A DNA stretch of 64,000 nt, from the NCBI RefSeq assembly GCF_022539665.2, contig NC_081333.1, positions 496,001-560,000 of the forward strand, read 5' to 3'. The notes beneath the pieces are model-generated. The model saw nothing but the letters and a program-made list of their open reading frames with translations, was not told the DNA's origin and did not search any database. The DNA comes from Daphnia carinata. Its lineage: Eukaryota. Position 1 is the stretch's first letter, and each line of letters opens with the position of its first letter. Position numbers and translations under genes: made by a program. This document shows positions 26,435 to 39,658 of this stretch, one piece after another.

Positions 26435-26856
26435 CGCGGAAGACGTTACGTCTGCTGCTAAAGCGAAGACCAAGTTAAATGAAAAAGTGACGTGTCGCAA
26501 CTTTCACGATTTGATTTCTGTCATAAAAATGCGATAAAAGAAATCAATAGACACTTCAGTTTTACAGTTTGGACAACATTCCCTCATACAACAAATGAGA
26601 GGAAAGCTTATAAGGAACCCAAGAAACATACCTCACTTGTTTAAAAGTCACTTTCTTTTTACCACTTTCTAGTAAATTTCTTGTATTGTGGTTTTCCCCT
26701 TAGTCCACTGTAAGGACTATTAAGCGATGAGGCCTACCAACAAAACATTTGAGGTAGCAGGACCCAAAAGTCCAACAGGATGAAACAATAACCCTACTAC
26801 GCTACTGCCTACTCTTTTAAAAGAAAAAGCTATTCATTGGTCTCAAAATTCAAAAC

Positions 26857-26866
26857 AAGATGGCGC
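26857..26866. promoter_or_regulatory. YY1/Pho-like or CTCF-core-like motif in the MOSPD2-RAD21 divergent promoter
   Basis: AAGATGGCGC between two head-to-head genes. Confidence 0.4.
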
Positions 26867-27209
26867 TGACAAGTGGTCGAGATTGAATTCCAACTGCTAG
26901 GATGTTACTCAACCTTTTACTAAATTCGCGTAATGTGCAAAAGACAGTTTATAGGGGATGGGGCTTCCGTAATACAAAATGGTTTCATTTCTAATCAGCA
27001 GAATACTTCAAGACTTTTCTGTTAATCATCTTTCCACTATTCTCCTGCTGGGGGAGCTGAATTGTCAAACGCATCTCAGTCAAAGTTGACTGATTGGAAA
27101 CCAGGAAAAGGTTACATTTTCAATCAGCAGGATACATCAACTGTAGAGTATTTGCTTAAATTGGTTTAACGCATTTTTCAATTGACATCACAACGCACCA
27201 CTTTTTCTG

Positions 27210-27217
27210 TATCGATA
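27210..27217. promoter_or_regulatory. DRE-like palindrome
   Basis: TATCGATA ~520 bp upstream of the RAD21 ATG. Confidence 0.35.
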
Positions 27218-27738
27218 GCCTGAATAATGATCAAATCCGTTTTCAAAACAACTGTGCTTTGTTCGTAAAACGCCCACCAGGGACCTCTGGCAGAGATGGA
27301 AAACCTTACTCTTAAACCTCTGGCGTCTGGCCTGCATAATTTGGAATACAGTATGTGATCTTCCAACTTGACTGTTGACTGACGCCATTGACTCGTCTTT
27401 GTCGTTCGAAGCGTTAACGGTTTTCGTGAAAAGAAAAAGAATTCAATAATATTTTAGTTTATCGTGTCATGTGATTCACACTGTCATCCTCATTCTACAC
27501 TATGAGAATGTGTTTGCATAGTCGGATTACGAAAGGCAGTGCTTAAATGAGAATTTATTCCTGTGAAACTTTTGACAACCAAAACATACCTTGGCGCCAA
27601 TTCACTACTAGTTTTGGCGGGCAATTTTTTCTTACCTGTTGTTGATTATACCCGAAGTGTTTATCTGTATGAGCTTCTTCATCTCATTTTTTTGCTACAA
27701 GATACTTCACAAGGCTGTGTTAGCCAATATATTTCAAG

Positions 27739-30700
27739 ATGTTTTATGCCCATTTTGTTCTTGCTAAGAAGGGCCCACTTGCCCGTATTTGGTTGGCGGC
27801 CCATTGGGATAAGAAACTAACTAAAGCTCATGTATTCGAAACAAATATTCAGAAGTCTGTGGAAGATATTTTGCATCCTAAGGTTTGATTTGATTTAAGT
27901 TTCTTTTATCACAGTGCTTAAAACTTGATTTTGTTTGTTTTAAGGTGAAAATTGCTTTAAGAACATCTGGTCATCTGCTTCTTGGTGTGGTCAGAATATA
28001 CTCTCGCAAGGCCAAGTATCTGCTAGCTGATTGCAATGAAGCTTTTGTGAAGATTAAAATGGCTTTCAGACCTGGTATGGTGGATTTGCCTGAAGAAAAT
28101 AGAGAAGCAGCTGTCCAAGCAATTACTTTGCCTGAAGTTTTTCATGATTTTGATGCAAATGTTCCAGACTTGAAGTAACTAATGGACTGTTTTCATTTAT
28201 AAATTGTTACAGTAATTGGCAACTTGAATGATTTTCCCAGTGATGCTGAAATGCAAGCACAGTTTACCCTTAATCAGTCACGAGCTGAAGAAATAACAAT
28301 GCGCGAGGACTACGGGTGTCAGTTACCACCGTTGAATCATGACGAAGAAGGCTTTGGTGATCTTGGATTCGGCGATTCGGGACCCTTAGAAATGATTCGT
28401 GATGGGTCGTCAATTGACCACTCACTAGAACCTGTAAATACCAATGTCCAGTTTCGTAGCTTCTACATCTAATATTTTCATTCTAGGGAAGCTTTTTCAG
28501 TGAAGTTCGTGATCGCAATGAATCTCGCCGGAATCGTCCGTCTACGTCCAATCGCCAACGATCCGAAACGGACACACCCCTAAGAGACGATGGTTTTGGC
28601 GGAAATCTTGGACATGATGAAATTGGTATAACATACGCGAAATAGTTACCTAGCTTTTGTCAATTCATAGCTACCATGATTTTCCGTGATAGGTGGAGGT
28701 CTTTTTGAAGGTGGTGGTCTGTTTGATGATGCCCCAATCGGCGACGTACCATCATTGAACGAACCGTCTGACCTCGTAATAAAAAACAATTCTAATAATT
28801 ATTCTTACCAGTTTGTATTTACAACATTGGTTTTGCGTTTGGAAGGATATTAAAGTAGGAACGAAAAGTCGAGAAAATCTGGAAAGTGTCAATGGGCCCC
28901 ATCAAGATTCTGACGATGACGGAATTGATGCTTACGGAGGACCACCATCCGTAGGGGGAAGTAGTTCATCATCACGACCCGCCAGTCCGTTTGGTGGTCC
29001 CGTATCTACCAGTATGAGTCACCCTCCGGTGTCACCCAGATCTCCCACACGTGCTTCTGGTGAAATTAATAACCTTGACCAAGGTACTGCCAGCATTCCG
29101 GAAGGCGATGATCAAGTACCAGGAGTTAATGCCGACCAAACTACACTTCTCCATAACGAAGAAGAAGGCTTTGCTCTCGCCCCTGTCGATACGACTACAG
29201 TCAAGGGTGTGTGAGCTTGCATAAAATTTTGTCCATGGATCAACGACTCATAAAATTACTGAACTTTAATGTTTGATTTATTATCAGGATGGGCTCGTCA
29301 CAAACGCAAAAGGAAACTCATCGTTGACGAAGTTAAAAACATATCAGGAGAAGAAATGAAATCACAACTCTCAGATACATCCGACATTGTGACTACCCTG
29401 GATTTGGCCCCACCTACGAGAAGACTTATGCACTGGAAAGAAACCGGAGGAGTAGAAAAACTTTTTGCACTTCCCGGAAGGTCAATACCAGCCCGCTCAT
29501 TGTTTAGGGTAATAATTCATAACTACTAGATTTTATTTTGAATTAGAATTCGCCGTTCTATCAAATACCAATAATGTTTTGTTATTTCTATTGAATTGTT
29601 TTCAGGATTACCAAAGGCACCTCACTAGCCAGCCAACAGAAAATGATGATTTCGGCCTAACGCCTGAGGTGGAAAAGGAAAATGTTCCGTTGGAAACAGT
29701 GCGCTCCACAGAGGTTGTCGAATCGTTTCGTCAAGACTTTCCAGGTACTGTATTAAATCCATTAAAGAAAAATCGTTATATCAGACTAGTGTGAAACTAA
29801 TAGCCTTAACCGTGTATCCTTCCATGAAATGTAAATGGGATCTATTTTTCTGTTACAGAAGCGCCTACACCTCAACCTGTAAAACGCACAGTAGGACGTA
29901 AGCGAAAAGCTCCCGTTGACTTAGAGGCTGAGGCCGAGGAACATCAGAAACGAAGAGAAGTTCAATATCAGAGCTTACTGGCACCATCAACACAGTCATC
30001 TCCTGTTCCCACTGCCGTTCCGCCACCAGAAATGGGAGATCATTCATTTCCGCAATTTTCACTTCCCGCTTTACCTGATGTTCAGCCTACAGAGCCATTG
30101 CATACTCCCATCCAACCGGAACCAGTGGAATCTTCATTCGCAGAGGCCTCAAGAGCATTATCCGAAATGGAAAACATGGGATACGACCAGGTGTGTATTA
30201 ACTTTCACTGTTTACTTTTTTTAATTTTTTTTTTTAATAACCACAGCATATTTCAAATTTGTATGTTCTTTGATATTCCCATTTCAGAATATGGGAAATC
30301 TCGGCTTAGATGTTACTGAATCTTTTACCAATTTGCCTCCACAAACGCCTGGAGCAATTTCAGAGCGTGCACCCCCCACGCCTTGGCATGACGATTACGA
30401 AATGGCACCATCAGTTGGTCCCGTAAGATTACACAAAACACTTTCGATTTAAGATAGTAAGATTCGACTGATACATAATATATTACAGTTAGATGAGCAG
30501 TTGGCAGATGAAACCTATGAGCAGTTTGAAGAGCGCGTTGTTAATAAGCGAGCTGCGGCAATGTATCACCTTGTGCGTGCGAAAATGCAGCTAAATGACA
30601 CGATACCTTTCACGGAAATGGCTTTCCGGAACAACAAGAAACAAGTATGTGTGCAGAAACACGCACGTATCTTATCAGTGTATTTAAAAAATCATTTTCT

Positions 30701-30830
30701 GTAGGTTGCACAGAAGTTTTACTCTCTACTGGTCCTGAAGAAAAACCAGGTTCTTGAGTTATCACAACCCAAGTCCTACGCTGAAATCATGGTTACACAG
30801 GGGCCTAAATTTGATTCGCCGTCCTTGTGA
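27739..30830 (+). CDS. RAD21: Cohesin kleisin subunit Rad21/Scc1, multi-exon
   Basis: [84 protein letters not shown]-terminal [19 protein letters not shown] 30828-30830. Confidence 0.98.
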
Positions 30831-31558
30831 TGAAGATCGTTCAAACTAAACTGCGTTAAAGGTGTTCGAAAGATTATGTCGAAAACGTGCCGTGTCCTCA
30901 TGTTTCTTTTTTCCAATGTTTTGATCAAGAATAGCTATTGTGCGTTTTAAATTCTCTGCCGTGTGGAATAATGACGCGTGAATAATTGTAATACAAAATC
31001 GTGGTTTCGAACTTGTTAGTTTGTAGGATGTTTAGGAATGTTTGACCGACATTGGGTTTACCAAGAATATGCATGATGATCACTAGAATGTGGATGGAAA
31101 CGTGTAGTGTATATAAGCAACTTTCAGTCCACCACTTTGCTTAAAACGGGTGGGCGACAGCACGTAAGCCGATGGGCACGGATAGCGAGTGTATTAAATA
31201 TCAAATAAAGAGTGGCTATACACCGCCCTGGACGGGCCCAAAGTTACGAGGCTATACTATAGTTCTCGATGGTACGACCCATCGCCATTCAAGTTCTGTT
31301 TCGGCGAGAAAATTTCTGTCCCACAATCCGTACAAAAACCTTGAATTGCGTGTGGTAAATCTCTCTATGTTAAGAACTTTTATTAAGGAGAAAGTTAAGG
31401 GGTAATTTTTACATTTATTGAAACAAGTACACATAACTGATTGATTTGAATGTATATAGGAAATACTGCATTCTCATCCCTTTGTTTTTGAATCCCAACG
31501 ATTAACGAAAAAAAAAAAACATGACTTTCGAGTAAAATGTTAACCCGGAGCAGGTGTT

Positions 31559-34500
31559 CTAAACATCGTGGAAGCCTTCTCCACCTGAACGAAGTTTTCC
31601 ACGAATCCAGGGAAGGTAATACGTAATCCTAGTAAAAACATCCGGAAATCCAGGTTTAGCACATCTAGAGAAATATAGCGAACATACCAATCAATTAACA
31701 CTTCTAGTAGAAAAGCACATTAGCTACACAGTCTAAGTGTAATTGTTACAAGGTTCGAGAAGGTTAGATGGTCTAGCAAACATTGTTTCAATGTACATCA
31801 CAGCTTGATCATAGAACTTTGCTGAAATTCAAAAATTCACCCTGAACCGAATGACGTAATGCCAGCAAGATACCATCGTCCATCAAGTAAGCTGCATTGT
31901 AATGGTCCGCCCGAATCTCCCTATTATAGATGTATAGAAAATTATCCATCCAGACGAGTTCACTTGTGAAAATGTTATGGAAATTCCATGGTCAGTCTTA
32001 CTACTGTGCAGTTCAAGAAGTAGGACATACCAAAATCTCTAAACGGTCTTTTAGCTTACCACGCAGGTTCCCGAAGCTCCATCTGTTATAGGTCCGGCAC
32101 AAAGATGGTAATCGTTTATTGGTATGTTGTAAATAGTCCCGTACACTTGTTTACAGTGTGAGTTGTCTACCACTTTAAGAAAATACATTTAAACTACTTG
32201 CTCTATTCAATTCGTAGGTTACATACCCGGCAACTCAGTTTGATGAAGAATATTCTCTAATTTATTCCCTTTTTTCGATTGTCCCCATCCTTAATAAATT
32301 TCAGTAGTTCATGGTAAAATGTTGTTAAATGAAGAAACTTGAAAACCTGCGTACCTGTGGCTATACATCTTACTCCTTGGAACGTGTCAACATTATCTGA
32401 TAAGAATCTCTTTGATTATGTTTATCCAGGTATAAAGCATGAAATTTCTCTGTTACCTTCTGTTGGTAAGCAAATTGGACGAACACGATCAGTGGCATTT
32501 TGCAAACTTTCTGACTTTTGTAATTTCATTAAAGCTTTAAAATTTTATTAGAAAAAATTCAATTAAAACAACATACGTCAGGTTTCTTTTTAAACGCGTA
32601 CCAATGTCATGATGATATTCTTTGAATCTTTCGTGGAGATAAATTTTGTCTATCATAATTCTTTGTTCGAAGCCATCCTCCGTCGCCCGGTCATGCTCGC
32701 CCACAACAGCTGTCCACTAGAAGATGTATATGTATGTCATTAACCATATTAAATAACCAACAATATACACAAATTTTGATTACCAGAGGACTGAACGGAA
32801 AATTGAATGCGTCACTAGAAAATGCAGAGGAACAAGGTTTAGTGATAAATATATGTATGATACAGATACAGACATTCATTATAATTATTGTTCAACAGAA
32901 TTCTCATTTTACACATAATCTAATGATGTCTTTTTCCAGCCCCGTATACAATTAATAATATATCTATTTCAACAAGGATGTTTTCCATCGTCATCGTCAG
33001 GTAAAGCACCTTTAAAGGCTAAAGTAAACCGGACAGAAAAAATGAATCGGCATGTTTTTTGGCAGATCTTTGTTCTGTAACCTTTCTCTGTTGTGGTCAA
33101 GGTATTGCAACTTTTGCCTAAATTTTGTTTTCTTAAATATAATTGGCTTCCCAATCTGATGTCATTATTCCGAAAGTAGTCCACAACTGAATAACATTTT
33201 ATCTTAGTACAATATATAATTGTAATAGTCATGGGCGGAGATTCAACCTACTTGGAAATGCAGTGTGCTGCTGTCAAGACCCAATAATCTCCATTCAATC
33301 CATTTAGTAAGACACCTCCACACCAATGCCCAACAAAGCCCAATTTAGGATGTAGTAGTTGCAAAGACACCTAGATGAAATTTAAGTTCTTACATTTATA
33401 AATAATCATTCAAATATATGAAACCAATAGCTTATGATAAATTACGTTACCGTTACTCTGTCCAGCTACTCAGAACAGAAATGTATACAAAAACGCTACC
33501 ATTAAAAATACATGGAGTTGACAGTATATGCGCCTGAATAAGTATGTGATAACCTTCAACGTCTGAATTCACAGAAAATGTATCTACCCTCTAATACAAA
33601 CTACAGGCGATGATTATACTTTATACTACCAGTATCTATTCCAAATACTTAACCGCCGTATTTCTATTTTAAGTGTAAGCATTCAAAACTCCAATAACTA
33701 CTTACTTGCCAAGGCCATGCACCTGGTTTGCTCTGTTTCCCGTTAATGATGCGGGCATTTTGTGTCTCCCTTTCAAATTGTTCGTCGTGTTTATTACTTA
33801 TTTTTTTAAATATCGATTTAAGCAAGTAATTTTTATGCCTTGGGCCTATATAGCTAACACCATCTTCAATGTCGCGTGGTCGTCGTTGCCTGTAGAACTT
33901 GCTGATCCCGCATTCTATAATAATTAGAGGAAACTTTAAATCATTGAAATCGGCGTTGTTTTAACTAGTGGCGCCTCAAAGTTATGATAAATTCTTTTAC
34001 TATTATTGACAGCCAAATTTTCTAAGAAACAAGAATGTTCAGTTATAATGCTCAACTATAATAAATTTCATGACAATCTACTCCTTACGGGCAATGACTG
34101 GCGTACAAAACTTTTCCGCCATTCGTTCGAAAAGAAAATATTTTCTTTAAAAGATCTTTTGCAAATCGTCCATCCATTTGCCTGTCCCTTGTTATGCGTT
34201 TTACGGAAACTATGTTATTCAACCCATTTCTAGATCACCCCTTAAAAATTAGTAGCCTGCATTGGTCGACGATATTTCAAAGTTAAATAAATAAAATTAA
34301 TAAATAAGTAAACGGAAAATGAAAAAAAAGAAAGGGCAATATATGATACTCAGAGTAGTATCTTAATGAAAAATTAGGGAAAGTGTTATTATCTAGCTAC
34401 AAGCCAAAATAGTAGGTATCTGGGACCGGAACAATTTAGAGTGTGGTTAACGAGGGAACAAGGAATGGAAAACAGGTTCAATTAAGAAAACCAAAAAGAA

Positions 34501-35190
34501 AATAAGCATGTGAAAATTGTTAAATACCACAGTGATAATTCAAACGAATAAAAATAATCTATTGAAGAATGCGCAGAATACAGTAGGAATAAAAAACAAG
34601 TTATAACTTTCAATGTTGGGAGGAAAGTTATCAAACGCATCCCAAACAACTCCAACTCTCCTAACTTTGAATTACAGCAGAACCGGCTTAAGATTTAAAG
34701 AATCAGAAGTGGTAGTCAAAAAAGAATTATTTTTTCAAATTTTTCATAGCATATATTTGGGGTGAAGCCATAATGAATCATTTAAATTTGACGCCGGTCC
34801 GAACGCGCCAATAATTCGACAATAATTACTTTCCAAACAAAGTTAAGTAAGCCACCCTTCCCTTGGTCTATGCTCCCTGTTTTCATATATCTAAGCGGTT
34901 TTTATTTTGTCCCCCTTTTTTTGTTATGCAATTAACGAAATAAATATAATTAAAACAACTTCATATCGGCTTGGCTGCTAAATTATCAAATAAATTTATA
35001 CAGTACCATTGGACGGCGCGGTATCAACGTTATCTAATGGGTGAAGAAAATCAAAACTTGGAAAGGTAAATGGTAAACTATCTTCAGGGAATTCCTTGGA
35101 AGAGTTTGCACAGCAAACATTGCCAATTTCGATGGAGAAGACAAGAAAAAGAGAAATCCATCGAACGAACACTTTTAACTCCGTTTCCAT
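31559..35190 (-). CDS. Secreted trypsin-family (S1A) serine protease, many small exons (mostly missed by the ORF track)
   Basis: Signal-like METELKVFVRWISLFLVFSI; ECG exon ~33860-33915; activation site R-IINGKQSKPGAWPWQ (~33706-33770); VLTAAHC (~33260); HDIALMKL; GDSGGPL (~31900-31920); CAKPGFPDVFTRITYYLPWI; stop 31559-31561. Catalytic triad intact. Confidence 0.92.
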
Positions 35191-36977
35191 ACTACCGACA
35201 CTGGATTCGAATGATGATCGATGTTGCAAAGGATGTGGTCAAACTTCGTCGTTTTAAAACAATTCGATTTTTTTTAGTCTAAGCAAAATATTATTGCTAA
35301 CAGTTAGTTCCACGATGATACCCAGGCAGCGTAGCCTCGTTCACTGAAGAGAGCACTAGGAGCGACGGCAAATAAAAGAATCTGTTGAAAAGATTTCACT
35401 GAATGGGGTTAACGGAAGAGCGGAAGCTGCTTGGCAACGCAGGTCTACCACTGAATGAAAAGCACTGCTGATTCATCTAAAGCTGATATTCTATTAAAGC
35501 ATTTTTCGGCGACTGACGCTGCTTTATCAGGAAGTATTACAAACACGACTGAAAGCTTACTGCTTGCGTTTGGAATCCTATGACTATTCTACGACTATTT
35601 TCGGATTCATTAATCGTTACTTTTCTCTTCGTAATCCTTTCATTTGGTCTGCTCTCTCCACACTTTCTCGTGATTTCCGCAACAAGAAGGTTTTTACGTG
35701 AAATCGAGGACACAAAGCCTATAGAGCTCGTCGGTTCTTTTCAACCACCATGGAGAAACAGAAATAAAGTCGCAAACTAGGGTGTCCTGTTACTTTCTAT
35801 TTACGTCGTTTACACACCAATTACGCTCTGTTAGGCTGTTAGGTTAGACAACGATCTTCGTTTCTAAATACTCACTGCTTCTTGTCAACCCTGTGTTCCA
35901 TAACTCTAAGAATAAATTGATTTAAATTGGGATCACGCTGTACACGAATATGTGAATTTTGTTTGTTCAGTTTTTTTTAAGCTTTTGAAATACAAACAAA
36001 CAGTGCAATATAATTTAATAGAGGTTATGCAAAAAAATTTGAAAAGGTTGTCAGATGGTTGGGTTTGGCGCCACTACGATCACCAAGCATATGATCGCTT
36101 TATGCGCATCACTTTCTTGTATATGCTATGTTTTCTCTGAAAGCTCTGAAAGTACGTCATGGAAGTATGTTTTGTCGTTTTCTTACGTGATAATGAGTCT
36201 CTTCGAACGGATAGAGAAAGCAGGTCACAGCTTGGTTGTTTGTGCTTTGTGGTCGTTTGCGTCATGCTTGCCTTCACTTATATGTTGCTCCTCAAATAAT
36301 AAAAAAAGGAAAATAAAAACAAAAACAAAAGAAAAAAAAGGTTCCTAAAGAGAAAAAATTCGAAACGCTAAATATATCACTTGGGTTGTACCGGCATAAG
36401 ACATCTACCAAAACTTCTAAAACTCTTCTTAGATTTTTCTCAAACCAAGGAGAGATTGGTCACTGATTAAAAAGTCGCATATCAGGCCAAGAAACTTTCG
36501 ATTCTATAGGAGAAATATAAGGAATTTTTCTCCAAGTTCGTGAATTTTAAGCCAAGACTCAAGCGTGACTAAAAAATGCGAATTCAAGGGCCGAATCTAC
36601 GCAATAATTATGGAATCAGCAGCCGATTTCTTTTAAAACCCCCCTAGAAAATAATATAATGTTAGCGCATTAAAAACTTCGTTCCGAAGTTTTAGATATC
36701 TAAAATTCGTGTGCTAAAATTGAAATGCGAACATTAAGCATTAGATGGCACTCGTAGAGAGTCCTGGCACACTTGGGTTTCGTATCTCCTTTTTCAGGCC
36801 TTGATCAAGAAACTGTAAAGAAAACAAACAGTAAAAACACAAAAAGGCACTGTCTATTTACAATCTTTGCTCTTCGTTTAACGATTTCGAACAAGTTATC
36901 ACTAATAGCGTAAAGTTCAGAATACTAAATCGATAATAACAATCGATCAGTGTTAGCCGGTTTTATTCGCTCGAACG

Positions 36978-39115
36978 ATGAGTAACATATACGTTCAAGA
37001 ACCCCCAACAAACGGAAAAGTTAGTGTTGTTTCCGAAAACATGACATCAGTAATTGAAGGTGATATTAAAGAATGTTTTATTCCCCTTTCAGGTTGTTCT
37101 AACAACTTCTTTGGGAGAAATTGAAATTGAACTATGGAGTAAAGAATGCCCTAAAGCTTGTAGAAATTTTGTCCAGCTCTGCCTTGAGGAATTCTTCAAT
37201 GGAACAATTTTTCATAGAGTAGTTCCTAATTTTATTGCTCAAGGAGGAGACCCTACTGGTAAGTTAGCAGTAGCTGTACATAATTTGGTTTCAAAAGTGA
37301 TATATTTTTATGAAAGGCACTGGTCATGGTGGTGAAAGCATATATGGAGAACCATTTAAAGTAACAAAACATTTTGTTTCTGTTATTTTAATTGTTAATA
37401 AAAAATTTTTTAATTTTCCTTTTTAGAACGAAGTTCATTCCCGTCTGCGATTTGTTAGAAGAGGCAGGGAACTTAAGTACTTTTGTTTGATCTTTGCAAA
37501 TGTTTCCTAACAATTATCATCAACAGGTCTAGTTGCTACTGCCAACACAGGAAATAATGACAATGAATCACAATTTTTTTTCACTTTGGGGGCTTGTCCT
37601 GAATTACAAAACAAACACACAATATTCGGGAGAGTTGGAGGAAACACTTTGTTTAACATGGTAAATTATCATTGTTGAAAGACAAAAAAAATTATAATGA
37701 ATCAACTTAGAAATGATTCATTGAATAAATTGTATTTCCCCAGATTAAATTCAATGATCTGGATATTGATAATGTAAGTATTAGTTCATATTTACTTATC
37801 AGACACATGACTTATGATTCAACTCTTACAGGAGGAAAGACCAAGGCATCCTCCTAAGATACTTAAAACAGAGGTTATTAACAACCCATTTCCTGACATA
37901 GAACCAAGAATCAGCCAAAAGCAGGTTAAGGGGCCAGAAGAAACCAAACCCAAAGTTAAAAAAACAAAGTTAGTGAACTAAGTAGATTTACCTTGCCAAA
38001 ATCATAGCATTCTTAACAATCTTTTCTTCATTCTGTAGAAATCTTAAACTGCTTTCCTTCGGAGATGAAGAGGAAGATGAAACTGATGCCCAGCCGGTTA
38101 AGACATTTAAAGGGAAATCCTCTCATGATCTAACAGATGATCCTAGGCTTAGTATCATTCCGGCAGTTAATATGGAGACTGGAATCGGAAAAAAGTAATA
38201 ATGTTTAACTTATTGCCGTGATTAAGGTTAATTATCTTCCTAACTCAATTATTTAGAATAAACTTTTTTTTTTTACAGAAGTGAACAGAAGCAAATAGAA
38301 TCGGAAGTTGAGAAAGTAGTTGTGCCCCAGAATGAACCTCAAGATTTTGCTGCAAATGCTGATGATGAGGTAGTCGACGAGAAGAAACAAGAAGCGCAAA
38401 ACAGATTGTAAGAAATTAAAAACATAAGTGTATGCTCACTGCAACTAAAAAAAACTTTAATTTAGAAAAAAAATCAAAGAACAGATAAAGGATTTGAAGA
38501 GAGAAATGAAAAATCCTCGTGAAGATACAGAAGAAGAATTAACGAAGAAGCAAAAACTTGATGGTGATCATGTTAAGGATGAAGAAGAGAATGAAATACT
38601 AAAGAATTTTCATGAGCAGCACAAGAAATACGCAGTAGTGAAAACGACGCGTCGGGGGAAGGGTAACCGATTCTCTATTGTTAGCGGAACCTCACATTTC
38701 CACTAATCTTACCATCACATGGTCTACCGTAGGTGCTGATCGAGAGGCGGAAACACTTGCTTACCTTAAAAAATTTCAGGAAAAGCTTAGCGAAACGCGA
38801 TTGAAGGAAACAAATGACAGCGTCGCCGACGAAGAATCGGATGACCACACTTGGTGAGAAAATTTCACTAGCCGCTAGGACAGCTGCAGTAATTAATATT
38901 GTAATTATTATTTTAATTTAATACTATATTTTTGCTGCAGGTTAAATCATACCTTAAAGTTCGAAGACAACAATCCTACGTTAGCCAGAGATGCCAACAC
39001 AAAAGGAGATGATTGGTTTGAGATTTCCGATCCTCGTAATCCCCTAACCAAGCGAAGAAGAGAGGAGTCCAAGAAGATTTTGAAACAGAAAGGATCTACT
39101 ACTAAAATGGTCTAA
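36978..39115 (+). CDS. CWC27: Spliceosome-associated cyclophilin CWC27
   Basis: MSNIYVQEPPTNGK; ELWSKECPKACRNFVQLCLE..FHRVVPNFIAQGGDPTG; SQFFFTLG..ELQNKHTIFG; KSSHDL; WLNHTLKFE..DWFEISDPRNPLTKRRRE; TAA 39113-39115. Confidence 0.96.
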
Positions 39116-39456
39116 ATTTTTGAATACAAAAACGTTACGTTTTCGCCTGTACTGAACGAATAGGTCATCTTCAAATATACGATCGTCATTTCGATATATT
39201 GACATTGCGTAAATAATAATACCACGAGCTGTCGAATATGGCAATCCGTTTTACCCAAAATTAAAACTAAAATTATTGGCCAGTTTTTCTGTTTTACTTC
39301 TACCGCCGAAAATAGTAAAACAGAAAAAAGGAAAATATATTTTTCTGTTTTACTGCTAACGCCATCTATAAGTCACATTTTATGGCAATCCGTTTTACCC
39401 AAAATAAAAAATACTATGGCAAATATGGCAATCCGTTTTGTATGGCAATCCGTTTT

Positions 39457-39460
<4 letters not shown>

Positions 39461-39501
<41 letters not shown>
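39461..39501 (+). repeat. Poly(A) tract mirrored by an interrupted poly(T) at ~44387-44421
   Basis: About 41 consecutive A directly inside the innermost left TIR. Confidence 0.9.
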
Positions 39502-39504
<3 letters not shown>

Positions 39505-39658
39505 CACTTTTTTCTCTTTTTTCTACCCGTAGCCATCTACCAGTCGGTTTCGTTATTATAGGCAATATTGTAAGCAATTTGAGTTAATTGTATCCCATTA
39601 GCAGTTAATTGAGTAGCGTGGCTGGAGAAAAACTCGTGGCTGGAGGAACAATTTAAAA

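Noticed and set aside
26900..27390. Short minus-strand ORFs in the MOSPD2-RAD21 interval
   Set aside because: Many stops and no recognisable homology; cannot be told apart from promoter/UTR sequence.
35831..35848. Interstitial TTAGG telomeric repeat
   Set aside because: Only two to three imperfect units.
39237..39460. CRISPR-like array from the repeated TATGGCAATCCGTTTT
   Set aside because: Irregular spacing, inverted partners, eukaryotic context and no cas genes; these are TIRs.
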